From positions 11,612 through 75,611 of the forward strand of contig CAZVEG010000004.1 in NCBI GenBank assembly GCA_964625625.1: a stretch of 64,000 nt of DNA. The letters run 5' to 3'. Below the pieces are notes generated by a model, which was given only the letters and a program-made list of their open reading frames with translations, did no database searches and was not told where the DNA came from. This DNA is from an uncultured Leptospirales bacterium (GTDB lineage: Bacteria > Spirochaetota > UBA4802 > UBA5368). Both the position numbers and the translations under genes were made by a program. Shown piece after piece: positions 9,799 to 19,077 of this stretch (the first letter of the stretch is position 1; each line of letters starts with the position of its first letter).

Positions 9799-10548
9799 CT
9801 ATAAGCCGGAAAACAGCATTCCCTTGGACTTGATCTCGCAGTGGAAGTAGCTTTCGACGAACAGCGTGAGATGGAACAGCAGATTGAGGATCGCTTCCGG
9901 GGCAAAAAGCCCGTGGTCCAGGGACGAAAACCTGGTGCCGCGCGCCGCCGCGACGAACGTCCGCACGCCCGGGTCGAGCATAGTCCCGCCGCCCGGGCGG
10001 GCGCCGAAACACCGGTTGCAGACGGGCATGAAATCCGGCGTGTCGAGCGTGAACGATCCGAAATCGGTCCTTCCGCATATCCTGCAGCGGTCGAAATCGG
10101 GCAGGACGCCGTGAAAGCGCAGCAGGTGCAACAGAAAGAAGGCGGAAAGATGGACATGGTAACCGGTTTCCGCGAGGGCGTCGATCGCCGCCGTGGCAAG
10201 GGCGAAAACGCGGGATTGAGGATCGTCGTGACCGGTGGTCTTGTCGATCACCTCGAGGATGAAGTACAGATGCAGGATACGGGCGAGGTCGTCCCTCAGG
10301 TCGAGCCGGTGCCTGACGATCCTGAACTCGTTGACCACCTGGAAGTCCCGGTTGTCGTGCCGGTAGTACATGAGCTGGAGGACGGTGCCGGGCTCTCCGG
10401 CGGAGAGGGGACGGTTTTTGCTTTTCTTGAGTCCCTTGAAGACGAAATTCGTCTTGCCGAATTCGTCGGTCAGTATGCGGGCGAGAACGTCGGCCTCTCC
10501 CGACTGCCGCGAATGCAGGACCAGACCGGTGGCCTTCCTGATTTCCAT
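9799..10548 (-). CDS. recO: DNA repair protein RecO
   Basis: 249 aa. N-terminal OB-fold (ATGLVLHSRQSGEADVLARILT) and a C-terminal Cys-rich zinc-binding region (CRICG...CNRC). Confidence 0.8.
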   Translation of the reverse strand: MEIRKATGLVLHSRQSGEADVLARILTDEFGKTNFVFKGLKKSKNRPLSAGEPGTVLQLMYYRHDNRDFQVVNEFRIVRHRLDLRDDLARILHLYFILEVIDKTTGHDDPQSRVFALATAAIDALAETGYHVHLSAFFLLHLLRFHGVLPDFDRCRICGRTDFGSFTLDTPDFMPVCNRCFGARPGGGTMLDPGVRTFVAAARGTRFSSLDHGLFAPEAILNLLFHLTLFVESYFHCEIKSKGMLFSGL

Positions 10549-10549
10549 T

Positions 10550-11404
10550 TCACCGGTCGGCGGGGGGGATGGTGATGATCACGCGCGTGAGGCGGGTGCC
10601 TTTTATTTCCTTTATCTTGAACGAAATGTTCCCGAGCTTTACCGTTTCGTTCTTTTTCGGTATCTTGCCGAACAGGTCGAAAACGAGCCCGCCGATCGTG
10701 TCGAACTCGTCGGTCGGAAGACCGGCGCCGGCCTCCTCGTTGAAGTCGGAAAGCGTCATCCGCGAATCGACCTCGTAGGTGTAACGGCCTATCTTGCGGA
10801 TCTCCGGGGCCTCGTCGTCGTCGAACTCGTCCTTTATATCCCCCACGATCTCCTCTATGATGTCCTCGAGCGTTATGATCCCGCCGAAGCCGCCGTACTC
10901 GTCGACCACGCAGGAGAGATGGAGCCGCCGGCGCTTGAACTCAACCAGCAGATCGTCCAGCGGCATCGTTTCGGGAACGAAGTACGGTCTGTGCAGCATC
11001 TTCCTGAGCTCGAACTTGCGCGGCTTGTGCGCGATGAAGGGGAGAAGCTCCTTTACGTAGAGTATACCGGCGATATTGTCGATCGTTTCGTTATAGACCG
11101 GGATGCGGGAATGACCGGCGTCGTCGATGACCTTCACGAGCGCGTTGAGCGAAATGGTCGAAGAGACCGCCACCACGTCGATGCGGGGTATCATGATCTC
11201 GCGGACGTTTTTACTCGCGAGTCCCATCACGCCGCGGATCATCTCCTGCTCGGCGGTCTCCAGGTCGGAGCATTCTTCGGGCCGGATTCCCTCCGGGGCG
11301 TTTTCGCGGGTTGAGCGTATAAGGCGGTTCTTGATTTTCGTTAACAGGTTTCCAAACGGCGATCGCCCGGGTGAATGCGGTAAATCCGAATTATCAGATG
11401 TCAT
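10550..11404 (-). CDS. CBS-pair plus CorC_HlyC domain protein (CorC/HlyC family, Mg/Co efflux-associated)
   Basis: Tandem CBS domains (VREIMIPRIDVVAV...HSRIPVY) followed by a CorC_HlyC transporter-associated C-terminal domain (YEVDSRMTLSDFNEEAG...). Confidence 0.75.
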   Translation of the reverse strand: MTSDNSDLPHSPGRSPFGNLLTKIKNRLIRSTRENAPEGIRPEECSDLETAEQEMIRGVMGLASKNVREIMIPRIDVVAVSSTISLNALVKVIDDAGHSRIPVYNETIDNIAGILYVKELLPFIAHKPRKFELRKMLHRPYFVPETMPLDDLLVEFKRRRLHLSCVVDEYGGFGGIITLEDIIEEIVGDIKDEFDDDEAPEIRKIGRYTYEVDSRMTLSDFNEEAGAGLPTDEFDTIGGLVFDLFGKIPKKNETVKLGNISFKIKEIKGTRLTRVIITIPPADR

Positions 11405-11507
11405 TGTCTGGCGTTCATCCTGTCGGTGAGTATTGCACGGCGCAACGGTATTATTCCATCAGGATGTCCGCCGATGTCAACAAAATATTCGCGATCGCGC
11501 CGGAGGC

Positions 11508-12053
11508 CTATTTCCAGATTGAGAACTTCTTGATGGTTGACAGCACCAGCTCGGACGTGCGCAGGCATTCGTCCTTGGTGAGGTTGCAGTCGTTGTAAAG
11601 GGTGTCCGCTATGAACTTCCGCATCGCCATGTAGACGTCCTCGGTGGGATGGAACACGAACGAAAAGTTCTCGCCCACGGTGTCCAGGATGGTGAATGAC
11701 GAATAGAGCATGACGGGCTCGCGGGGCACCATGATTTTCTCCTGCTTTTTGCCGGTCAGCACTTCGAGCTCGGAAAAACGATAGGGTATCGCCTTGCCTT
11801 TCTCGCGGTGGACCGGTTCGGAGAAACGGTGGACGAAGCTGGCCGGTTCGACGAGGATGTGGGTCCTGTTGCCGTCCGTCTTGAAAACCAGCCCTTCCGG
11901 GCTCTTGTATATGTCCTTTACGTTTACATACGAGGTGATTTCGTATATGGTATACGCCGAATCCGTGTCAAAAAAGGAAGAGATGATAAAACCGCCGTTG
12001 GCCGGTATGGTATTGCCCAGATATGCCTTGAGAAGGGAGGTTGCTTTTGCCAT
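11508..12053 (-). CDS. Hypothetical protein (orphan in a lower-GC pocket)
   Basis: 181-aa ORF with RBS GAAGGAAG 5 nt upstream of the ATG. No TM helix or signal peptide, and no motif I recognise. Local GC is visibly lower (about 50%) than the surrounding ~63%. Confidence 0.45.
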   Translation of the reverse strand: MAKATSLLKAYLGNTIPANGGFIISSFFDTDSAYTIYEITSYVNVKDIYKSPEGLVFKTDGNRTHILVEPASFVHRFSEPVHREKGKAIPYRFSELEVLTGKKQEKIMVPREPVMLYSSFTILDTVGENFSFVFHPTEDVYMAMRKFIADTLYNDCNLTKDECLRTSELVLSTIKKFSIWK

Positions 12054-12152
12054 ATTGTGCTTCCTTCACGCTGATGATATGCGGACAGTCGTCCATCTAC
12101 GGGCTTGAGTGTAAACGGCCGCTGAATTTAAATCAATAAAATTTTATTTTTC

Positions 12153-12183
12153 TTGACGATCGCGGTTTTCCGCCGTTTTACAA
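12153..12183 (+). promoter_or_regulatory. Candidate sigma70-like promoter (TTGACG-N19-TACAAT) for the GDPD gene
   Basis: -35 TTGACG at 12153-12158 and -10 TACAAT at 12178-12183 in an AT-rich divergent intergenic region. The 19-nt spacer is longer than optimal. Confidence 0.25.
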
Positions 12184-12319
12184 TAAGTTTGTTCGATACC
12201 GCGGAAACGCGGGTTTCCATCCTTCAGCGGCCGGGTACGACCGGGGCGACGGTGTTGTGTGGCGGCTTTCGGGCCGCCGCGGCTGTCGTCCGATTCCGTA
12301 GCCGGAGAGTGAGTGGGCC

Positions 12320-13129
12320 ATGAGCAAGAAATTTTTCATTCCCGAGCCAAGGGTTTTCGCCCATCGCGGGGCCTCGGGCGGGTATCCTGAAAACACACTC
12401 CTCTCGTTCAGGGAGGCGGTGAAGATCGATGTGGACGTGATCGAGACCGACGTACACTTCACGAAGGACGGGCGTTTTGTGGTGGCACACGACGGGGAGC
12501 TCGGACGGATCTGCGATGGCGGCGGCCTCGTGGCTGACCATACGCTGGCGGAGCTCAAGAAATTCGACGCGGGGTATGGCTTTTCCGCCGACGGGGGGAA
12601 AAGCTTTCCGTATCGCGGAAAAGGGCTTTCTCTCATTTCGCTCGAGGAGCTGCTGGAGGAGTTCCCCGACCAGCGGTTCAATATCGATCTCAAGGCGAAA
12701 AATCCCGCGCAGGTGCCGTACTATTGCGACATCATAGAAAAGTGTGGTGCCGTGCACCGGGTGCTTACCGCCTCGGAGCACGCCGTGAACACCAGGCCCG
12801 TGCGGGAGCGCTTTCCAGAGATGGCCACCTCGTTTTCCATGTCGGAGGCGCTGTGGTACTACTTCATGTTCAGGTCGGGCCTCCTGTATTTCAGGAAACA
12901 CTTTCCCGCCGACGCTTTGCAGATCCCGGAATTTTTCGGACCGTCGAGAGTGGTCAGCGAAACCTTCGTGGAACAGGCGCACCGCAAGGGACTGCGCGTT
13001 CACGTCTGGACCATCAACGATGAAGAGGGCATGCGACGCCTTTACGACGCCGGCGCGGACGCGGTCATGTCCGATCATCCATCCCTGTTGAAAAAAGTGG
13101 CGGCGGGCTATTTCCCGCCCGGGGTGTGA
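12320..13129 (+). CDS. Glycerophosphodiester phosphodiesterase
   Basis: GDPD motifs VFAHRGASGGYPENT and IETDVHFTKDG, then VVAHD. 269 aa; UgpQ-like (cytosolic, no signal peptide). Confidence 0.85.
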   Translation: MSKKFFIPEPRVFAHRGASGGYPENTLLSFREAVKIDVDVIETDVHFTKDGRFVVAHDGELGRICDGGGLVADHTLAELKKFDAGYGFSADGGKSFPYRGKGLSLISLEELLEEFPDQRFNIDLKAKNPAQVPYYCDIIEKCGAVHRVLTASEHAVNTRPVRERFPEMATSFSMSEALWYYFMFRSGLLYFRKHFPADALQIPEFFGPSRVVSETFVEQAHRKGLRVHVWTINDEEGMRRLYDAGADAVMSDHPSLLKKVAAGYFPPGV

Positions 13130-13258
13130 GGTTCCGCACGGCTCCCTTTCGTTGAATCGCTTCCGGCCGCGGGTCCGGTTGACCCGCCCGCCGGCGCGCC
13201 TGCGGACAACGCGGATTGCTTGACACGCCGGCCATGAAACGCTAAGATAAGCCGTCGG

Positions 13259-14698
13259 TTGTTCGCAGGCCGGATATGTCGTCTTACGGAGAGGTCCGTG
13301 GTGATTTACGGCAACGGGACGGAACATGAGGGTGCAACGCCCTCTCTCGAGGAAAGTGAGCGCCGATTCAAGACGCTGTTCGAATCCCTGCCCGACGCGA
13401 TCATGCTGGTCGACCGTGAGACCGGTTCAATCCTCGACGTCAACGGGGCCGCCTGCGCCCTGTATGGGTATACCCGCGACGAGATGCTTTCCATGAAGAA
13501 CACCGATGTTTCCGCCGAGCCGGAAGCCACGCGCGAAACGACCCTCGGTGAAACGAATTCGGTTCCCCTTCGCAATCACAGGAAAAAGGACGGTTCGGTT
13601 TTTCCGGTCGAGCTGCGGATATCGCGCTTCGACTACCGTGGTCGCGGGGTGAATACGGTCGTGGCGCGCGATATATCCGAGCGGCTCCGGTCGGAAGAGA
13701 GTGAGCGTCAGGCGAGCCGCGAGCTCGCGGCGGTTTACGAGCGCTACCAGAAGGTGGTGGAAAACGCGAGTGACCTGGTGCTCCTGATTCAGGACGGGCT
13801 GATACGCTATTCGAATCCGATGATGAGCGAAATAACGGGATATGACCGGGACGAAATCGAGGGTAAACCCTTCCTCGACTTCGTTCACCCCGATGATCGC
13901 GATATACTCCTGGAAAGGTACATGAAAAACGTGGGTGGCGAGCGCTTTCCGCGAGCATTTGATTACCGGATCGTCCACCGTTCGGGCGAGGTGCGAAGCG
14001 TTATGGTAAAGGGGACCACGATCGAGCTCGGGGGCAAACCCGCCATGCTCTATTTCATCTCGGACATCACCGACCGGAAGCGGGCGGAAGAGATGGTGCG
14101 CAAAAGCCTGGCCGAGAAGGAAATCCTTCTTAAAGAGATCCATCATCGCGTAAAAAACAACATGCAGGTAATATCGAGCCTCCTGAGCCTGCAGGCCGGC
14201 GCGATACGCGATCCGGCGGTGGAGGAGGCCTTCAAGGTAAGCCAGAACCGTGTGAAATCGATGGCGCTCATCCACGAACATCTCTATCAGTCCGAAAACC
14301 TTTCCGAGATCGATTTCAGGCAGTACGCGATCAGCCTTGTTCGCAATATCATGAACATGTATTCCTCAAACCGGATCGACACCGGTGTGAACGTGGACGG
14401 AGTGAGGCTCGACATCGACAGGGCCATCCCGTGCGGGCTCATAATAAACGAGCTCGTTTCGAATTGCGTTAAACACGCGTTTCCCGACAGAAGGCGGGGG
14501 CGGATCGATGTGAACATGAAGGAGCTGGCGGGCGGTGGATACGAGCTGGTCGTCGCCGATGACGGAATCGGTGGTGTCGGCGAAACATGGAAGTTCGCGA
14601 CGCTGGGGATGCGGCTGATCCGGAGCCTGATAACCCAGCTGCGGGGAAGCATTCAGGTTGAATCCTCCGGTGGAACCCGGGTGACGATCAGGTTCTGA
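13259..14698 (+). CDS. PAS-domain sensor histidine kinase (HisKA_2-type H-box)
   Basis: Two PAS-like segments (LFESLPDAIMLVD..., VVENASDLVLLIQDGLIRYSNP...). H-box EIHHRVKNNMQVISSLLSLQ is typical of HisKA_2. C-terminal HATPase_c (DDGIGG...GMRLIRSL). The start codon is uncertain. Confidence 0.8.
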   Translation: MFAGRICRLTERSVVIYGNGTEHEGATPSLEESERRFKTLFESLPDAIMLVDRETGSILDVNGAACALYGYTRDEMLSMKNTDVSAEPEATRETTLGETNSVPLRNHRKKDGSVFPVELRISRFDYRGRGVNTVVARDISERLRSEESERQASRELAAVYERYQKVVENASDLVLLIQDGLIRYSNPMMSEITGYDRDEIEGKPFLDFVHPDDRDILLERYMKNVGGERFPRAFDYRIVHRSGEVRSVMVKGTTIELGGKPAMLYFISDITDRKRAEEMVRKSLAEKEILLKEIHHRVKNNMQVISSLLSLQAGAIRDPAVEEAFKVSQNRVKSMALIHEHLYQSENLSEIDFRQYAISLVRNIMNMYSSNRIDTGVNVDGVRLDIDRAIPCGLIINELVSNCVKHAFPDRRRGRIDVNMKELAGGGYELVVADDGIGGVGETWKFATLGMRLIRSLITQLRGSIQVESSGGTRVTIRF

Positions 14699-14720
14699 TC
14701 ATCACCCGGTATGTCGATCG

Positions 14721-15056
14721 TCAGGCCTGTTTCAACAGCGCGCGCAGGTCCTCCAGCCGGTCGAAAAGGTGCCACAGGTATCGCCCGCCGCCCTTTTCTC
14801 GGTGGGGGTGAAGGTCCGCGAGGACCGGGTCGTCGAGATATGACTGCAGGGCCGCCCTCGATTCCCATTGAACCAGTATGAAGACCTGCCGCGCTTCGGA
14901 TTCGCCCCGCAGCGATTCGCGGAACCGCCCGAGCGCGATTACCGTGCCGCCGTGCGTCGCGACCTCACGCGCCGAGCGGCGCGAGTACGCCAGGTACTCC
15001 TCCCTGTCGGCGATATCGAACAGGTTAACCGCATAAATCGGACCGTCGTGCGCCAT
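14721..15056 (-). CDS. DUF1330-family protein
   Basis: 111 aa; MAHDGPIYAVNLFDIADREEYLAYSRRSA... fits the DUF1330 family by memory. Strong RBS GGAGGGAGG sits 4 nt before the ATG. Confidence 0.55.
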   Translation of the reverse strand: MAHDGPIYAVNLFDIADREEYLAYSRRSAREVATHGGTVIALGRFRESLRGESEARQVFILVQWESRAALQSYLDDPVLADLHPHREKGGGRYLWHLFDRLEDLRALLKQA

Positions 15057-15063
15057 GGAACCT

Positions 15064-15134
15064 CCCTCCGAATTGCTCGTTTATGCGCTGATCATGGCAT
15101 AAACGGCGCCCCTTGCAAACACAATTCGGAGGGA
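15064..15134 (-). promoter_or_regulatory. RBS-sequestering extended hairpin in the DUF1330 leader (nested stem-loop)
   Basis: Perfect 12-nt inverted repeat: ccctccgaattg (15064-15075) and caattcggaggg (15123-15134). A nested 8-bp hairpin gtttatgc/gcataaac lies at 15079-15104. On the minus-strand mRNA the SD of the DUF1330 gene is inside the downstream arm. Confidence 0.4.
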
Positions 15135-15162
15135 CATCCCATGGCGCACCGTCCAGGTGGCG

Positions 15163-15519
15163 TTAGACCGCCTGTTCGACGGCCCCGCCGTCCTTCTTTT
15201 TGATGTCCAGGAAGCGTATCTCTTTACCCACCAGCTTGATCTTCGACTGGGTCTTGCCGTCCTTGCCCTCCCAGCGGTCCTGTTTAAGCGTGCCGATCAC
15301 CATTATCTTCTTGCCCTTGGCGATGTTCTTGCCGCACATTTCGGCCACCTTCTCCCAGGTCTCGATGTCGATGTATGACACCTTCGGCGGCGTATCGGGC
15401 GAGGTGTAATGATTGATGGCGATCGAAAAGGTGCATACGGCCTTGCCGGTTTTGGTCATTCTCATGACCGGATCGTGGGTGACGTTCCCCTCGATGGTTG
15501 CGGCGGTGTAGTTGAACAT
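15163..15519 (-). CDS. ssb: Single-stranded DNA-binding protein
   Basis: 118 aa OB-fold: ATIEGNVTHDPVMRMTKTGKAVCTFSIAIN...WEGKDGKTQSKIKLVGKEIRFL. It lacks the long acidic C-terminal tail. Confidence 0.8.
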   Translation of the reverse strand: MFNYTAATIEGNVTHDPVMRMTKTGKAVCTFSIAINHYTSPDTPPKVSYIDIETWEKVAEMCGKNIAKGKKIMVIGTLKQDRWEGKDGKTQSKIKLVGKEIRFLDIKKKDGGAVEQAV

Positions 15520-15673
15520 GGCGGTTCTCCTTCTTGATTATTTGAGGTACTATTGTGAATACGAATGGCGGAGGCAAAAAGTTAAAACTTTTTGAAAGTA
15601 TGACAAAAAAATGATGGATTGAATTTCTTGCCTGGTGCACTTGATTGTGGTAGGCTGATTGTGGAGGTCGACG

Positions 15674-15850
15674 ATGCAGGAAGCACTGGTCCTGATAATC
15701 ACCCTGGCGGCGGTAGTATACGGCATCGTCCGGATAAAGAGGATGTTTTCCGGCAGGCGGGAGTGTGAATGCGACCGCTGCCCGGCGGCGGATTGTGCGG
15801 GACGGGACGTTAACGGTTCGCCCGCCTGTCCCGACGAGGAAAGCCACTGA
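15674..15850 (+). CDS. Small Cys-rich membrane protein (FeoB-associated Cys-rich family-like)
   Basis: 58 aa. One N-terminal TM helix (ALVLIITLAAVVYGIV), then a Cys-rich tail (CECDRCPAADCAG...C). RBS GGAGG is 7 nt upstream of the ATG at 15674. No feoB gene is nearby. Confidence 0.4.
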   Translation: MQEALVLIITLAAVVYGIVRIKRMFSGRRECECDRCPAADCAGRDVNGSPACPDEESH

Positions 15851-15901
15851 GCGGACAAGCGTCGTCTTGTTCCGGCCCCCGGTAACGGGAAGATGATCGG
15901 C

Positions 15902-16243
15902 TCATGAACCTGCGTCGGGGTAGCGGATTTTTTCCATCACCCCCGCTATCATCGCGACAAGCTCCCTGCGCAGTTCGATGTACGATCTGACCAGGTCGTT
16001 CTTATCGAGCGCTTTTGCCAGTTCCTCCCGCTCACCGGCCGGGATCTCGGTCACCGTTCCCCGTCTTGCCGTCGTATCTATCATGGCCCCCAGCCTGATC
16101 AGTCGCGACAGGAGCTCCAGCGACAGTGGGTCGGCGTTCACCTCGGACCGCAGCCGGTCATGACGGATCGTTAAGGGATGGCGCCGGATGATTTCCGCGA
16201 GCTCATCGGTTTTTTCCCGTATCTCGTCCGCTCCCACTCCCAT
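15902..16243 (-). CDS. Hypothetical helical protein, possibly YlbF/YmcA (UPF0342)-like
   Basis: 113-aa all-helical ORF. Weak resemblance to the YlbF/YmcA family by memory only. Confidence 0.35.
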   Translation of the reverse strand: MGVGADEIREKTDELAEIIRRHPLTIRHDRLRSEVNADPLSLELLSRLIRLGAMIDTTARRGTVTEIPAGEREELAKALDKNDLVRSYIELRRELVAMIAGVMEKIRYPDAGS

Positions 16244-16326
16244 AAGCCTCCCCGATATTCCCCGAGATTGCGCCGGTGTGACGGTAAAATCGAAAGCATT
16301 CTTTAACTCTCATCATCCCCTGTAAA

Positions 16327-16401
16327 TACGCAAACATTTTTCTCTTGACGAGGGCCCCTCCCGCTCCGTCTACTATGCTACGCAATTTGAGGTGTTGCGT
16401 A
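16327..16401. promoter_or_regulatory. Candidate operator: TACGCAA / TTGCGTAA half-sites in the divergent promoter region
   Basis: tacgcaa at 16327-16333 and 16379-16385; its reverse complement ttgcgtaa at 16394-16401, forming a TACGCAA-N8-TTGCGTA palindrome. A possible -35 TTGACG lies at 16345-16350. Another ttgttgcgtaac is at 22453-22464. Confidence 0.3.
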
Positions 16402-16479
16402 ACCCGAGATACGGCCGGTTTCCGCTCCACGGGCGGGAAGACGCCGGTACCGCCGGGGATTGCAACAAGTTTATTCCGG

Positions 16480-17226
16480 ATGGGGTCTGGCATGGAAGAG
16501 CAATACCGGCAGGCGGCGGAGATCATAAACGGCGCGAAGACGGTGATAAGCCTCACCGGCGCCGGAATATCGGTTGAGAGCGGCATTCCCGATTTTCGCA
16601 GCGCCTGCGGGCTGTGGGAAAAATACGATCCCATGGAATACGCCCACATCGACGCGTTCCGGCGGAACCCCGAGAAAATATGGAAGATGGTGTTCGAGCT
16701 CATCGAGCTCACGTCGAGCGCCTCGCCAAACCCGGCGCACAGGGCGCTTGCCGAGCTCGAAAAGATGAATATCCTCCGGTCGATCATCACCCAGAACATC
16801 GACAACCTGCACCAGGCGGCGGGGAGCCGCAACGTCATCGAGTTCCACGGCAACGCCAGCAGGCTCGACTGCCTCAACTGCGGGCAGAGCTTCGGTGCCA
16901 GCGAGTTCGAGCTGAAAAACAAGGTGCCCCGCTGTCGCGATTGCTCTTCAGTTCTCAAGCCGAGTGTAATTTTTTTCGGTGAGGCGATCCCCATGCAGGC
17001 CCTCGCGGAATCCGAACGACTTTCAAACCTTGCCGATGCAATACTGGTCATCGGTACGTCGGCGGTCGTTTACCCCGCAAGCAGCATTCCGTTTATCGTC
17101 AAATCCAACGGCGGCCGGGTTATCGAGATGAATCTCGAATCGACCGGCCTTACCCGTTCGATCACCGATGTCTTCATCCAGGGGCCGGCAGGAACCACGC
17201 TCCCCGAGCTCATCGCGCACCTGTAG
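16480..17226 (+). CDS. cobB: NAD-dependent protein deacylase (Sir2/CobB family)
   Basis: GAGISVESGIPDFRS...GLWEKYDP, QNIDNLHQAAG and zinc-binding CxxC...CxxC (CLNCG...CRDC). Start placed at the internal ATG at 16480 (or 16492) rather than the ORF-track start at 16345, because conserved sirtuin sequence only begins there. Confidence 0.85.
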   Translation: MGSGMEEQYRQAAEIINGAKTVISLTGAGISVESGIPDFRSACGLWEKYDPMEYAHIDAFRRNPEKIWKMVFELIELTSSASPNPAHRALAELEKMNILRSIITQNIDNLHQAAGSRNVIEFHGNASRLDCLNCGQSFGASEFELKNKVPRCRDCSSVLKPSVIFFGEAIPMQALAESERLSNLADAILVIGTSAVVYPASSIPFIVKSNGGRVIEMNLESTGLTRSITDVFIQGPAGTTLPELIAHL

Positions 17227-17298
17227 GGTGAGCTCTTTCGCGGCGAACGGGAAGGCCGGTGCGCCGGCGGGAATAATCGTTTCCAGGCGAATCAGGCC

Positions 17299-19077
17299 AT
17301 GAACCGGATACAGATACTGCCAGAATCGGTAAAGAAGAAAATCGCCGCCGGCGAGGTGGTGGAGGGGCCCTTTTCGGTCGTCAAGGAGCTCGTCGAGAAC
17401 TCCATCGACGCCGCCGCCACGGAGATCGAGGTGGAGGTCTACGACAGCGGTCTGAAAAAGATCGTGGTGCGCGACAACGGCTCGGGAATTCACCGCGACG
17501 ATGTGGCGCTCGCGCTCATGGAACACGCCACCAGCAAAATCCGGGAGATCGGCGATATCGAGCGTATCGCCACCTTCGGATTCCGCGGCGAGGCGCTTTC
17601 GAGCATAGCGGAAATATCGCGCATAACCATGTATACCAGGACCGGCGGGGATGAGGAGGGCGCGCGCCTGGCTTATCGCGAGGGATCGCTCGAGATGCGC
17701 GACTACGCGGGCCCGGCGGGGACCACCATCATCGTCGAAAATCTCTTTTACAATACCCCGGCGCGCAAAAAGTTCCTGAAATCGAAGACCGCCGAAATGC
17801 GGAGTATTCGCGCGGTTTTTTTGCGAATGGCGCTCGCCCATCCGGAAATACGCTTCGTCCTGCTGTCGGAAGGGAAGCCGGGTATCCGGCTGGAGAGAGC
17901 GTCCACCATCGCCGGGCGCGCGGAGCAGATCTATGGGGGCGAAACCATGAGGCGGCTCCAGCCGGCCCGCCTGAGCGATATCAGCGTATCGATTGAGGGA
18001 TTCCTTTCGACGCCGGGTTATCTGAAATCAACGCGCTCCATGCAGATGCTCTATGTGAACAGGCGGCCGGTGGAATACCGCTACCTGGGATTCCTCCTCG
18101 CGCGCGCCTACGAGGGCATCGCCGTGCAGGGACGTCATCCCGCGGCGATTCTGTTTATCGACGTGGACCCCGGTCTCATCGACGTCAACATCCACCCGGC
18201 GAAGCGTGAGATCAAGTTCTTCGACCAGAAGTATTTCGACAGCCTTGTTACGGCCCTCTGCCGCAAGGCGCTCGGCGAGCGTCCGCACGCGGTCGTGGAG
18301 AGCGTGTTCAGGCCGGAAGTTTCACAGTTGAACGAAACGGATTATGGACGGGATGAAGTCCTCCCCTTCGACATGAAGGAAGCCGGGGCGACCGCCGCCG
18401 CGCCCCCTCCGGAGCGCGTCACGCAGGACCGCCCCTCGGGCGATGTCCGTTCCGGGACGGGTTTGAGCCTTGTGAACGAGGGTGTCGTTCCCTATCGCGA
18501 AGTCCGCGGGCAGACCGGTGTTCGGGCGATCGGTGTGGTCTTCAACACCTATATTCTGTGCGAGGACGCCGAGTCGCTCTGCGTCATCGATTTCCACGCC
18601 GCGCACGAGCGCTTCATCTACGACGAGCTCATGAAAAAGGATTCATCGTTCGAATCGCAGGCGCTTGTCTTTCCGAAGGTGGTGGAGCTTTCGATGGAGG
18701 AATTCGGCGTCATAAGCGACCACGCCGCCTTCCTCGCCGAAATAGGGTTTGACATGGACGAATTTTCGGAAAATGCTGTCATCATCCGCTCGGTGCCGGT
18801 ACTCGCCGCGGGTATCGATATGGACGGTTTCTTCGCGGACCTGGTTGAATCGTTGAAGAGCGAAGAGGGGAAGGCGGTAAACGCGCGCGAGCGCGTGGCG
18901 CAGCGGATCGCCTGCCATTCGGCGCGCAGGGCGGGGGACGGTCTCTCGGTGCAGGAGATAGATCTTATTATACAGCGGACTTTTTCGGGTGCGCACGAGC
19001 TCCGTTGCCCGCACGGGAGGCCGTTCGTCTACAGGCTCGGCAGATCCGATATGGAGAGAATGTTCAAACGATCATGA
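17299..19077 (+). CDS. mutL: DNA mismatch repair protein MutL
   Basis: N-terminal GHKL ATPase (IQILPESVKKKIAAGEVVEGPFSVVKELVENSIDA) and C-terminal dimerisation/endonuclease region; 592 aa. Confidence 0.9.
   Translation: MNRIQILPESVKKKIAAGEVVEGPFSVVKELVENSIDAAATEIEVEVYDSGLKKIVVRDNGSGIHRDDVALALMEHATSKIREIGDIERIATFGFRGEALSSIAEISRITMYTRTGGDEEGARLAYREGSLEMRDYAGPAGTTIIVENLFYNTPARKKFLKSKTAEMRSIRAVFLRMALAHPEIRFVLLSEGKPGIRLERASTIAGRAEQIYGGETMRRLQPARLSDISVSIEGFLSTPGYLKSTRSMQMLYVNRRPVEYRYLGFLLARAYEGIAVQGRHPAAILFIDVDPGLIDVNIHPAKREIKFFDQKYFDSLVTALCRKALGERPHAVVESVFRPEVSQLNETDYGRDEVLPFDMKEAGATAAAPPPERVTQDRPSGDVRSGTGLSLVNEGVVPYREVRGQTGVRAIGVVFNTYILCEDAESLCVIDFHAAHERFIYDELMKKDSSFESQALVFPKVVELSMEEFGVISDHAAFLAEIGFDMDEFSENAVIIRSVPVLAAGIDMDGFFADLVESLKSEEGKAVNARERVAQRIACHSARRAGDGLSVQEIDLIIQRTFSGAHELRCPHGRPFVYRLGRSDMERMFKRS

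Noticed and set aside
16345-16479. Upstream extension of the Sir2 ORF (ORF-track start 16345)
   Set aside because: The N-terminal 45 aa (MTRAPPAPSTMLRNLRCC…) are not sirtuin-like and overlap the divergent promoter/operator region. Conserved sequence begins at the internal ATG at 16480 or 16492.
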